Below are positions 1 through 9,322 of a stretch of 64,000 bases of DNA, one piece after another. Source of the stretch: a virus. Lineage: Duplodnaviria; Caudoviricetes. A program made the position numbers and the translations under genes. Positions within the stretch are counted from its first letter, which is position 1; each line of letters starts with the position of its first letter. The stretch is taken from the IMG/VR virus record IMGVR_UViG_2881096153_000005, positions 1 to 64,000 of that record; one strand, given 5' to 3'. Below the pieces are notes generated by a model. It searched no databases. It was not told the origin of the DNA and worked only from the letters and a program-made list of their open reading frames with translations.

Positions 1-1782
1 ATGAAAAAAATGTTGTGGGGGCTACTGCTCCTGTTGGGCCCTGTGGCCGCTCAGTCCCAAACTACGCTGACTTTCCCAAGCGGCAAAATTGCCAGTCAGG
101 ACTGGGTGAAAACCTACGTTGATTCCATCCTGAATCGTCCGGGCTTACCGCCCACTATTCCCGTAACGCCTCCTGTGAATACGGATCCATCCTTACTGCC
201 CTGTGACGCCGGTCCCGAAATCAGAAGTATTTTTGAAATCAGCCAAACCGGAGCACGGATCCAGTTTCACGGAAAGAATGTGTTCGGCCTGAACTTCCAG
301 ATTAGCAAGGCCGGCCAGCTCGTCCGCTCCGGACAGATCAGGCCCAGCTCGAGCGTGATTCAGGTCCAGTACTCCCGACTTGAACCGGGTATCTACACCC
401 TTACCCTATCGGGCAGTACCTGCACTGGATCTGATCAGAAAGAATTTCTGATTCCGGGCAAAGAAACCGGCGTAGTGATTCCTGACAGAGTGGTTCCACC
501 AGTCTCTGCGGAGCGTGGAACCTACGAATTATTCATGAACCTCACCGGCTTTGGCTACGAGCCTTATGCTCAAAATGGCCTTCATCACGACTGGCCCGAG
601 CGCATCGAAGCCTTTCAGTACGAGTGGGGCTATGGTATTACCGGCATCAGGCTTAACATCCGGTGGAATGAGTGGGAACCAGCTCCGGGCAATTTCACCA
701 GGCAGGGCTTGCAAAAAGTGATTGCCTACTGCCGCGCGCGCGGGCTGAAACTATCCGTCCTGTTTTGGCCGTGGCGAAAAGAAGGAGACAATTTTATTCC
801 GGAAGGTCACTACGTCACCGGACATCGCGGGAAACAACACGAGATCGAGACAGATAAGCGCATGGGCTCGCTGGCTTCCGAGCTGATGAATGAAAAAATT
901 TATACCGCCGTTCGGGAGCTATCAGCTGAACTAAATACCTACGAAGGAGCCTACTACCTGAGCATTGGCACGGCAAGTGCCGAAGAATTTACGAATCCGG
1001 TTGTTGGTGAAGGCTATGGCGGGGCCAAAGAAATCACTGGTTTTGAACCCGTATTTCAGGAAGGATTCCAAAAATTCAGGCAAGCAAAAAATTTGCCCTA
1101 CGCCCGGCCCTACATTGTGGAATGGGAAAATGGTGCTGCCCTGGACATGGGAACCGACCTTGGAAAAGACTTTGCCAGGTTCATTTCCCTGACGCTCACC
1201 CGGTATTTTGAGAACTTCACAAAGGCCGTTAAAGATGGATCCTCAGGGAGAATCCTTTCGGTGTATTCGTATCCCGACGCCGGATCACCTCAGAACGCCT
1301 GGTACCTGCATGCCAATTTTGCCAGTCAGGCCGCAAGTGCTGATGGGATGTTTGGCACGGATGGAAATGACCGGTGGGATAACTCGCGCAAGCAGCTTGT
1401 AAACGCCATCAATTTGGGCATGGGGAAAATCAGCATGAATGAGTACGACCCATTCGATTTGAGTTCAAATGGCTACTGCACCGGTATCAATTTGGGACAA
1501 CTTGAACGGGAGTTTGAGAAAAGCTACGCGGCCGGCGTTCAGGTCATTCACCTGAGCATGTCCTACTGCCCGGCGGAAATACGGGGGATGGAGCCGCACC
1601 TGCGCTATTTGTCTGAAAAGTATATCGGTAAACCCTACGTCCGTCCCGAACGGCCCGTTACGGAAGTTTCCATCACTCCCGCCTACTGGCAGGGAAAAGA
1701 CATTTTTGCCCCCGCCTGGACGGGTAGTAATTACCTGCAGCCGGTGGATGATGAATTTTGGGGAGAAGCCCGTAAAGACTGA
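1..1782 (+). CDS. Secreted glycoside-hydrolase-like (TIM-barrel, clan-A-like) protein with an N-terminal Ig-like region
   Basis: Signal peptide MKKMLWGLLLLLGPVAAQ-SQ; GIRLNIRWNEWEPAPGNF resembles GH42/35/14-type barrel motifs. Confidence 0.55.
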   Translation: MKKMLWGLLLLLGPVAAQSQTTLTFPSGKIASQDWVKTYVDSILNRPGLPPTIPVTPPVNTDPSLLPCDAGPEIRSIFEISQTGARIQFHGKNVFGLNFQISKAGQLVRSGQIRPSSSVIQVQYSRLEPGIYTLTLSGSTCTGSDQKEFLIPGKETGVVIPDRVVPPVSAERGTYELFMNLTGFGYEPYAQNGLHHDWPERIEAFQYEWGYGITGIRLNIRWNEWEPAPGNFTRQGLQKVIAYCRARGLKLSVLFWPWRKEGDNFIPEGHYVTGHRGKQHEIETDKRMGSLASELMNEKIYTAVRELSAELNTYEGAYYLSIGTASAEEFTNPVVGEGYGGAKEITGFEPVFQEGFQKFRQAKNLPYARPYIVEWENGAALDMGTDLGKDFARFISLTLTRYFENFTKAVKDGSSGRILSVYSYPDAGSPQNAWYLHANFASQAASADGMFGTDGNDRWDNSRKQLVNAINLGMGKISMNEYDPFDLSSNGYCTGINLGQLEREFEKSYAAGVQVIHLSMSYCPAEIRGMEPHLRYLSEKYIGKPYVRPERPVTEVSITPAYWQGKDIFAPAWTGSNYLQPVDDEFWGEARKD

Positions 1783-1786
1783 GCGT

Positions 1787-2173
1787 ATGAACACAGCTCG
1801 AATTGCCGCCTTTCTGCTAACCGTCCTGACTATAGCTATGGGCATAGTCCTTTACAAGGCGTGCAGGAAAACCACCTCCAAAACCCTGCTTGAACAATCG
1901 GCCGATAGCCTGACCCATTATTCCAATAAAGCACGTATTGCACATGATTCCGTCAACTATTATGATCAGAAGTATGCGGCTGCCAGGATTTCTCATGATA
2001 GTCTGGCGCAGCTTATTTTTCGTGGCAGTCCTGCTTTGGCTTTCAAACGGGACAGCCTGCGGGCAGTTATCGAAGCCCGTATCCGGGCAGCAGATTCAGG
2101 ACGCGCTTCTGGACAGCCTGATCCTGTACGAAAGTCTGAAACCCATGCATCGCATTCAAACACAGGCCAATGA
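1787..2173 (+). CDS. Putative inner-membrane spanin (Rz-like)
   Basis: N-terminal TM (MNTARIAAFLLTVLTIAMGIVLY) followed by a helical region; lies in the lysis cluster; start moved to ATG 1787. Confidence 0.5.
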   Translation: MNTARIAAFLLTVLTIAMGIVLYKACRKTTSKTLLEQSADSLTHYSNKARIAHDSVNYYDQKYAAARISHDSLAQLIFRGSPALAFKRDSLRAVIEARIRAADSGRASGQPDPVRKSETHASHSNTGQ

Positions 2174-2354
2174 GAACCTTAGAGAAGAAAACCGTAGCCT
2201 GCGAAACGAGCTGCGATTTACAAACCTGTTGCGACTGCTGGAAAAACGCTCCTTTGAAGGTGCCTTTGAAAATGAAAAAAAGAAACGAAAATGGATACTA
2301 TGGCGGGGCAGAGCGGAAGGATTTGCGGCAGGCCTATTGGTCCCCTTTCCTTAA
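1995..2354 (+). CDS. Putative second spanin subunit (Rz1-like), overlapping the previous gene
   Basis: Signal-like MIVWRSLFFVAVLLWLSNGTAC; 179-bp out-of-frame overlap; coiled-coil region. Confidence 0.4.
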   Translation: MIVWRSLFFVAVLLWLSNGTACGQLSKPVSGQQIQDALLDSLILYESLKPMHRIQTQANENLREENRSLRNELRFTNLLRLLEKRSFEGAFENEKKKRKWILWRGRAEGFAAGLLVPFP

Positions 2355-2367
2355 CCGCAATTTTTTT

Positions 2368-2898
2368 ATGAAAAACTACCTTGAAAGTATCGCCCTGGCG
2401 GGTAAGAATTACTGCATTTTTTTGATCGATAATCCCTGGACAACCTTTGCTGCGCTGTTTTTAGGCCTAGGAATTTGGCTGGTGGAATTTGTGGAGATCT
2501 ACATCTTCGCCGATTTCCGGTATTTGACCTCCCTGTTTTTGATGATTGCCTACGATACCATGGCAGGAATTAAGCGGGTGAAGTATCTGCATAATCTGAA
2601 TCCGGGAGTGAATCCCGCGCCAAATTCCAAAGTATTCAAGGATAAGACGTTCTCAAAAATCACGTACTACCTGATCATGCTTGGATCCCTACACGGCCTG
2701 GCTCACTTCCAGGTCAAAGATCAGGAGGTGACCGTCTTTCACGCATTTGAATATGCCGCGCTGGTGGCCATGATGGCGGCAGAATTCTGGTCGGTGCAGG
2801 AAAACTACGCGGCCATTGGCAAAAAGACCATCTTTCTTCTGGCCTGGCAGAAACTTGCAGAGTACCTGCCCAGCGGCACCAAAAAGCCGGAAGTGTAA
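2368..2898 (+). CDS. Phage holin
   Basis: Several TM segments and a late SVQEN motif typical of holin family 4; immediately before the endolysin; start at ATG 2368. Confidence 0.75.
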   Translation: MKNYLESIALAGKNYCIFLIDNPWTTFAALFLGLGIWLVEFVEIYIFADFRYLTSLFLMIAYDTMAGIKRVKYLHNLNPGVNPAPNSKVFKDKTFSKITYYLIMLGSLHGLAHFQVKDQEVTVFHAFEYAALVAMMAAEFWSVQENYAAIGKKTIFLLAWQKLAEYLPSGTKKPEV

Positions 2899-2937
2899 GA
2901 ATTTTTCCATGTATCGTATTTTATTTTCCAAAAGTGT

Positions 2938-3423
2938 ATGGAAATTTTCCAAAAACGAATTATAAAAAAAGAGAACAGTACCCTTTCCAAATACTGGGTG
3001 GATGGTGTTTGGAAAGGGTATATTCTGGAAGACAAGGACCGGGGACTAAAGTCCACCATGACACTGGCTGAACTCCTGAAAATCAAGGTCCATAGTCAAA
3101 CGGCCATTCCGACCGGACGGTTTGAAGTGAAGCTAAGAGTATCACCGGCCTTCAAAAGAAAACTGCCCTGGCTACAGAATGTGCCGGCCTTCGAGTACAT
3201 CTATGCCCACAAGGGAAACTGGATTCGGGACACCCGGGGATGTTTGATTGTAGGTTTGTCCTACGGGCAGGAAGATGGGGAGTACTGCGTTCGGGAAAGC
3301 AAAAAAGCCTTTGACCCGCTATTTGCTGAAATAGTGGCGGCCCTGGATCGGAAAGAAAAAATATGGTGGGAAATCGTTGAAGCCTATGAAGATGAGAAAA
3401 ATCCTGCCGAAATGCTGGTCTGA
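2938..3423 (+). CDS. DUF5675-family putative endolysin
   Basis: IPTGRFEV...HKGN..RDTRGCLIVG motif; follows the holin. Confidence 0.75.
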   Translation: MEIFQKRIIKKENSTLSKYWVDGVWKGYILEDKDRGLKSTMTLAELLKIKVHSQTAIPTGRFEVKLRVSPAFKRKLPWLQNVPAFEYIYAHKGNWIRDTRGCLIVGLSYGQEDGEYCVRESKKAFDPLFAEIVAALDRKEKIWWEIVEAYEDEKNPAEMLV

Positions 3424-4189
3424 TTGCAGCCGGAATCAGATTTTAAAAGCCTTGCCAATAGTGCTGACGATCAAAGCCAATGAAGATCCTGCGGCTACCT
3501 TGCCCCTGATGGATCATTTGGCAGAAATTCTAAGCGGCATTTCAAAAGTGAGCTCGCTCCCCCTATTGGCCCGGCAGGATTTGTATTCTAGTCTTGCCTG
3601 GTCTATTTCCGAGCCGCTCAAAGAAAAGCCTTTTGACTATCTAAGGGTCAGTCATCGCCGGTACTATTTGCCTGAGCCCACCTATGCCGACAGCTCGACG
3701 ATTGAAGTGGCCATGGCCAATATTCAGTATCTGGCTTTCAGTAATCCGAAGGCTCCAAATCCACAAGCACTCTTTGAATTTTTGGGCACCATCCTTCGCC
3801 CAAGACGAATTGGTTGGCGGATCCGGCAATGGCTTCCCTCCTACAACGGCGAAAATCGGGAGGTCTTCAACTCTTTGCGAGCGCAGCAGCGCGCCAAACG
3901 GTTCAGGAAGCTAAATTTTCAGCAGATCATACCGGTACTGCTGTACTGGCAGGAAATGAACAATGCCTTTATCCGGCGCTATGAAAAGCTTTACGAATCG
4001 GATGAAAGCACCCGGCAGCTCTTTAAAAATGGCGAAGGCTGGCTTTCAACCATTGAAGATGTGGCCGAAAACCGCGTTCATGGCAATTTTGACGCCGTTT
4101 GTGAAACCAATATTCATACCATTTGGCTCTTTTTATCCCACAAGAAGGTAAAAATGGATGAAGCAAACCGCCTGATGCAGGCAGAATAG
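3392..4189 (+). CDS. Phage tail-region protein X (paralogue of 57146-57964)
   Basis: Shares W..CS, LA...Y.AFS, L.T..RP, GW......A..G.HGNFD.VC with 57146-57964. Confidence 0.6.
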   Translation: MRKILPKCWSDCSRNQILKALPIVLTIKANEDPAATLPLMDHLAEILSGISKVSSLPLLARQDLYSSLAWSISEPLKEKPFDYLRVSHRRYYLPEPTYADSSTIEVAMANIQYLAFSNPKAPNPQALFEFLGTILRPRRIGWRIRQWLPSYNGENREVFNSLRAQQRAKRFRKLNFQQIIPVLLYWQEMNNAFIRRYEKLYESDESTRQLFKNGEGWLSTIEDVAENRVHGNFDAVCETNIHTIWLFLSHKKVKMDEANRLMQAE

Positions 4190-4202
4190 GTTTAACTTTT
4201 CT

Positions 4203-4237
4203 GTCCTACTCCAACTCCTTTCTACTCCCTACGTTTG
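4203..4237 (+). promoter_or_regulatory. Putative phage late promoter (GTCC...TACGTTTG)
   Basis: GTCC 27 nt before a consensus Bacteroidota -7 box; same spacing recurs elsewhere in the window. Confidence 0.55.
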
Positions 4238-4261
4238 TAGCCTACCAAATCCCATGGAGGT

Positions 4262-4729
4262 ATGCTACGCAGTGCCGATTTTGAATCCTATATCAATTAC
4301 TTCAAGCAGTTTGCCCAGCTCAGCCCGGATATAGAGTACTTTCTATATGGAGGTGTAGAGCTTGGTATACAGTACGCCACCGGAGCGGACGGCTTCAACT
4401 ACCCGTTTATGTGGCTCGAACAACCCGAAATCATTTCGGATGACAACGACGCCAGTCAGCTGACCGAGATTTACTACGGCGGAGTAAGTATCATCTTTGC
4501 TCCACCGCTTGACCGGCCACAGGAGCAAATTCAGGCTGAAATTGATTCCATCCGGATCATTTACAAACTCCAAAAACAAATGCGGGCCGACAACCGGTCC
4601 AAAGGCTTTGTGCACTGCAACCTTGCCAAAATGCGCAAATCGGCCGTAGATCGTGCCTGGGCAAATAACCACCATGGGTGGAGACTTGAATTTGAACTTC
4701 ACCTGAACGCAAATGGATTACTTAGCTAG
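4262..4729 (+). CDS. Phage tail-region protein Y (probable counterpart of 57957-58487; possible terminator-type protein)
   Basis: Similar size and position; PEIISDDNDASQL...GW..E.EL versus TPLTDNDTGL...GW..DID. Confidence 0.45.
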   Translation: MLRSADFESYINYFKQFAQLSPDIEYFLYGGVELGIQYATGADGFNYPFMWLEQPEIISDDNDASQLTEIYYGGVSIIFAPPLDRPQEQIQAEIDSIRIIYKLQKQMRADNRSKGFVHCNLAKMRKSAVDRAWANNHHGWRLEFELHLNANGLLS

Positions 4730-6719
4730 TATTACTCCCAAAGATCTGGCGCTCTCGAAAAACCCGATCATTGTCAATGTGGATCCGGTCAACCCGGCAA
4801 CCTTTCCCGTTCGCGCCGGCCTTCGCTATTTGCTGGATGTCTACACGCCGAAGTTTTTTCAGGCATCAGAATATGCCCTGCTCACCACGCTGGAAGCCTC
4901 GGAAGAACCGCCTAAAAGCTTTGCCGACGTGGTCACTTACGCAGGTGCCTACTTTGATCTGTCGGAGCTGCTTCACTCTCAGCTGATGAGCTGCCCTCCC
5001 GCATTTGGTCAGCAGGTGATTTCGGTCTGCGATACACTGACTTCCTCGTTTTATACAAAGGCCCGAAGGTTTGAGGGTGAAACGCTGATTGATGAGTCTC
5101 TTTTCCCAATCGGCACCGTTTTTAGGGCCGGTATCGGCCCTGCGGACTATGCCGATTTTCAGGCTACCTTTTTCACCCGCTACACCCAGGGGCGAAAATT
5201 CCTGACGTATAAACCTAATGGCCTGAGTATCCGTCCGGATCAACCCGAATTCCTGACCTTCCTGACCAATTTCAGCCCGACCCCGGCTGAACTGCACCTT
5301 CGGGTTCAGCTACAATTTGATGATTTTACCCGGCAGACCTTTACAGCCAAAACTTTGGCAGGCATTACAGCCATGACGGCCTACTGCATTCCCGTTGGTG
5401 TACAGGCACTGGGGCTCATGAGTCTGGCCAAACCCGTGCTGAGATATGAGGTTTGGCTTTCCAATGAAAATGAAGAACGGCTTTCAGAAACCCGGACTTA
5501 TATAATGGATACCACCCAGCATCGACAGGTACGGTACCTGATCTTTGAAAATAGCTTAGGAGCATTTGACACGATCGCCTTTACCGGCAGCGGTAGTGAG
5601 AGTCTGCTTGTGGCACGACAACTGGCCGACCGCTTTACAGGCTTTGACTTTCTGCCCACATCGAGCGAGCAGGTGATCAACCGGGTTACGGGGGAACGGC
5701 AGCTGTCGGTGGCCTTTGGTTATCCGGCCCATCAGGCCAAGGCTCAACGGGAGTGGTGGCAGGAGCTTTATTTTTCCGAGCAGTTTTATCTGATCACCGA
5801 TCGGGAAATGATTCCGCTACTGCCCATGACAGAATCCTATCTGCCGCTGGATGATGCCGAGACGCTGATCAACCGGTCCATGACCTTCCGCTACACCAAT
5901 GCTGAGCGTTCGTACAGCAAATTGCCGATACTGCCTCCGGTCCCGGCTCGGCCAACCTCATGGCGTGGGGATGCCCCGGCTTGTGAAACGAACGCAGTTT
6001 CTGGCCTACGAACCAATTTGAAAAGGTATGGTTTGCTGGTAAAATACTACCTCGATACGGGCGAAGATGTAAAGCCCTATACCCAAAAGCCCAACAATCC
6101 CGGCACAGAAGGCTACATTGGATCCTGGATCAGTGCCGATTGTGCGCCAGGCTTAACTACTTTTCTAAGCGAGGAAATTACAGGGATGTCTTCCTTTATG
6201 AAGATTGGATGTCCAGACGGTTACGTAGGTACCCGCTGGATGATCACCATTCCGGCTGGTGTATACGGCTCGGAAAGTAGCCAAACAGACGCTAATGCCA
6301 GAGCTCAGGTAGCCTGGGCTGCATTGGACACGCAAAGCAGCGCCAATCAGAATGGAAGCTGTATATTGGCGAGCCCAATTCCGCTTGGACTCCGGAATAA
6401 TTGCCCCGGCGATGGAATTGGCTTTACGGGTGCAGCCTATAATCCGATTGCGGCTGTCCGCAAAAATGAGGTGGAAGTCATTGCCAATACTGCGTATAGT
6501 GTTGATGTGCGTTATGCGGCCGCTGGTCTTGTAGCAGGTACCTACACGCTGGACATCAAGGCCTCTTTTGCTTCAGCTCCTACCCTGCCCTACAAGATCA
6601 GGATCCCGACTAAAAACCTTTCCAGTCCGGTCCTGAATGGAAATCAGACGTTTCGCTTTGCCAATGTACCGGTAGCCTGGGGCGATGATGAACTGATCCT
6701 AGTGATTGAACAAGCCTGA
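4713..6719 (+). CDS. Phage structural protein Z with DUF5977-like repeat (paralogue of 55164-57149)
   Basis: Clear end-to-end similarity to the 661-aa ORF; GC..G..G...ITIPAG.YGSE.SQ.DANA.A motif. Confidence 0.7.
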   Translation: MDYLASITPKDLALSKNPIIVNVDPVNPATFPVRAGLRYLLDVYTPKFFQASEYALLTTLEASEEPPKSFADVVTYAGAYFDLSELLHSQLMSCPPAFGQQVISVCDTLTSSFYTKARRFEGETLIDESLFPIGTVFRAGIGPADYADFQATFFTRYTQGRKFLTYKPNGLSIRPDQPEFLTFLTNFSPTPAELHLRVQLQFDDFTRQTFTAKTLAGITAMTAYCIPVGVQALGLMSLAKPVLRYEVWLSNENEERLSETRTYIMDTTQHRQVRYLIFENSLGAFDTIAFTGSGSESLLVARQLADRFTGFDFLPTSSEQVINRVTGERQLSVAFGYPAHQAKAQREWWQELYFSEQFYLITDREMIPLLPMTESYLPLDDAETLINRSMTFRYTNAERSYSKLPILPPVPARPTSWRGDAPACETNAVSGLRTNLKRYGLLVKYYLDTGEDVKPYTQKPNNPGTEGYIGSWISADCAPGLTTFLSEEITGMSSFMKIGCPDGYVGTRWMITIPAGVYGSESSQTDANARAQVAWAALDTQSSANQNGSCILASPIPLGLRNNCPGDGIGFTGAAYNPIAAVRKNEVEVIANTAYSVDVRYAAAGLVAGTYTLDIKASFASAPTLPYKIRIPTKNLSSPVLNGNQTFRFANVPVAWGDDELILVIEQA

Positions 6720-6721
6720 GC

Positions 6722-7252
6722 ATGATTTCAGATGATTTAAATCAGGAGATCATTGACCTGGCCACGGAAATCACCCGTGATGCCGTAGGCTATTTTGAAA
6801 AAGCTATTGAGCGGAGTGGGCTATTGCTTACCTCCGAGCTCAGAAATAGCTTTGAGTATCAAATCAACCATCAGGCCGGGCAGCTGGCCGTCTCCGGAGA
6901 CATTTACTTCAAAGGCTATGGCCGGATGAAGGATATGCGCTCACTTACGTACCTCAATATGCCTTCCATAGATGTACTAGAAGAGTATGTTGATAAGGTA
7001 GGGCTGGACAAATTTACCTTTGTGAACCGGTTTGGGCAACGAAAGATCCCGACCAAACAATCAGACGCCCGGCATATTGCCTGGGCCATTGCCATGCATA
7101 AGAAACGAGTTGGCACCGTCCGGAGAAAGCGCAGCTCAAACTGGTACAACCGTACGAAAGTAGATTTTCTGAATGTGATGCGGCGGCGGATGATGGAACG
7201 GACGCAGGTATTGATAACAAAGGCGTTGAAAGAGCAGACTGAAGGCAAGTAA
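6722..7252 (+). CDS. Phage tail-completion-like protein W (paralogue of 58487-59110)
   Basis: Both have GL.LT.EL..S and GYGR.KDMR. Confidence 0.6.
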   Translation: MISDDLNQEIIDLATEITRDAVGYFEKAIERSGLLLTSELRNSFEYQINHQAGQLAVSGDIYFKGYGRMKDMRSLTYLNMPSIDVLEEYVDKVGLDKFTFVNRFGQRKIPTKQSDARHIAWAIAMHKKRVGTVRRKRSSNWYNRTKVDFLNVMRRRMMERTQVLITKALKEQTEGK

Positions 7253-7561
7253 AAGTGGGGAGTATCTTCCTTAGACTGATTCTAAATTTCTACAATAGTA
7301 TTTGTATACGAGTGGGTTGTGCTATCTTGTCACCGTTATAAAATCAAATTAAACGTTTTTTACCTTAGGGGGTATTGGCGATAGAAAATGCAATGGTATA
7401 ATGGAACAGAACCAAATGCTTACTCAAATACCATTATATTACAATTCGGGAGTATAACCATAATTAAGTTTTAAATATATAGATTTTGGGGATAATTGTG
7501 GGAGGACAGTATAGAGTCAAAAAGGGTAATTCGGAAAAACCAAACAAGCTAATTAAAAAAT

Positions 7562-9322
7562 ATGATTTTAGCATCTGTAAAACTTCAAGGATTTAGAAAC
7601 TTCAAAAATAGTGAAATAAATCTTGCTAAAAAATCTTTAATCATTGGCGCTAACGATGTTGGGAAAACCAATTTACTTTGGGCAATTAGACTTTTATTAG
7701 ACAGAAGTTTATCTGACTACGACATTGAACCCAAAGACTCGGATTTTTATGCTTTTGAAGAAACAAATACGTTTACGATTCAACTACATTTTGACGATGT
7801 AATTGAAGATTGTGTTGTTTCAAAACTAAAAGGGAAGATAGGAGACGACAATAAACTTATTTTAGTATATAAAGCATTTCGTGATAAAATCACTAAAGTC
7901 AAAACATTTCAATTTTTTGCTGGACCTAGTAATGACTTAATTGAAGAAATTGAAGATAGATACTATAGAAAAGTATTAAATGTGAAGTATATTAGTAGCA
8001 GAAGAGATCTACACAATTACATAAACAGAGAAAAAGCATATTTATTTCAAATTGCTAAAGAAAATAGGGAGGAAGACGAAGTTACTCAAGACGAAAAACT
8101 ATATTCTGAAATTCAATTACAACTAAAAAATGTTGATGAAAATATTCCCAAACTAAATTTCATATCTTCCGCAACAAATACAATCAATGAAGAACTTTCC
8201 AAATTGTCACTACATCATACTAAGCAAAAAATTGTATTTGATGCAAGTTCATCTAATGTAGATAAATTTATAAATAGTGTTTCGATAGCTTCTAAAAGTA
8301 AGGATCAAAGTGTTTTAATTGGCGGTGATGGACGATTAAATCAAATTTATCTTGCGCTATGGTCTTCAAGAAATGAACTGACAAAAGATAGTCTAAAAGA
8401 AATTACAATCTTTTGTATTGAAGAACCCGAAGCACATTTACATCCACATCAGCAACGTAAACTTGCAGAATATTTAAACTCATCAATAAAAGGACAAGTA
8501 TTATTGACATCTCATTCGCCTCAAATTGCATCAGAATTTAGTCCTAATTCAATAGTCCGATTATTCAATAAAAAAGGGGAAACTAAAGCTGCTTCAAATG
8601 GTTGTTCAGAAATAATTGGTAACACTTTTAAAGATTTTGGGTATAGGCTAAGTATAATTCCTGCTGAAGCATTTTTTTCTGATGTAGTTTTTCTTGTAGA
8701 AGGCGTTTCCGAAGAATTATTCTATAAAACACTATCAATTCAGCTAAGTATAGACTTGGATAGACTAAACATAAGTATTTTAATGGTTGACGGAATTGGA
8801 TTTTCAACATTTATTAAAATCCTAAATAGTTTAGACATTGATTGGGTATTAAGAACTGATAATGACATTTTTAAAATCCCCAAGAAAGAAGAGTATCGTT
8901 TTGCTGGTATCCAGCGATGTATTAGTATTTGTAAAAATTATTTTCAGAAGGACGAAACAACAGAAAAATTACTAAAAGAAAATGAAAGCCATCTAAAAGG
9001 ATTTAATAATCCTAATGCTTCTGAAATTAATATTAAATCAGCTTCAATAATTATTAAAGACCTTGAACGATATAAAATTTATTTATCTAATAGGGATTTA
9101 GAAAATGACTTATTCAACACTAAAATTAAAGAAGATTTAAAAAATTATTTTAGCGATATTGGTGAACATGAAATCATTAATGAAATGCAAAAAAGAAAAG
9201 CCTCGTTTATGTTTAAATTTTTACGAAACAATAAAGAAAGTCTAAAAAAATTATCCGAAGATCCAATTGCCAAGCCTTTGCTAAAATGTAAAGAGATTAT
9301 TGAAGAAATGCAGAAAGAATGA
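7562..9322 (+). CDS. gajA: Gabija GajA-like OLD-family ATP-dependent nuclease
   Basis: Walker A GANDVGKT, IEEPEAHLHPH, TOPRIM VEGVSE...TDND; coupled to a UvrD gene. Confidence 0.85.
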   Translation: MILASVKLQGFRNFKNSEINLAKKSLIIGANDVGKTNLLWAIRLLLDRSLSDYDIEPKDSDFYAFEETNTFTIQLHFDDVIEDCVVSKLKGKIGDDNKLILVYKAFRDKITKVKTFQFFAGPSNDLIEEIEDRYYRKVLNVKYISSRRDLHNYINREKAYLFQIAKENREEDEVTQDEKLYSEIQLQLKNVDENIPKLNFISSATNTINEELSKLSLHHTKQKIVFDASSSNVDKFINSVSIASKSKDQSVLIGGDGRLNQIYLALWSSRNELTKDSLKEITIFCIEEPEAHLHPHQQRKLAEYLNSSIKGQVLLTSHSPQIASEFSPNSIVRLFNKKGETKAASNGCSEIIGNTFKDFGYRLSIIPAEAFFSDVVFLVEGVSEELFYKTLSIQLSIDLDRLNISILMVDGIGFSTFIKILNSLDIDWVLRTDNDIFKIPKKEEYRFAGIQRCISICKNYFQKDETTEKLLKENESHLKGFNNPNASEINIKSASIIIKDLERYKIYLSNRDLENDLFNTKIKEDLKNYFSDIGEHEIINEMQKRKASFMFKFLRNNKESLKKLSEDPIAKPLLKCKEIIEEMQKE

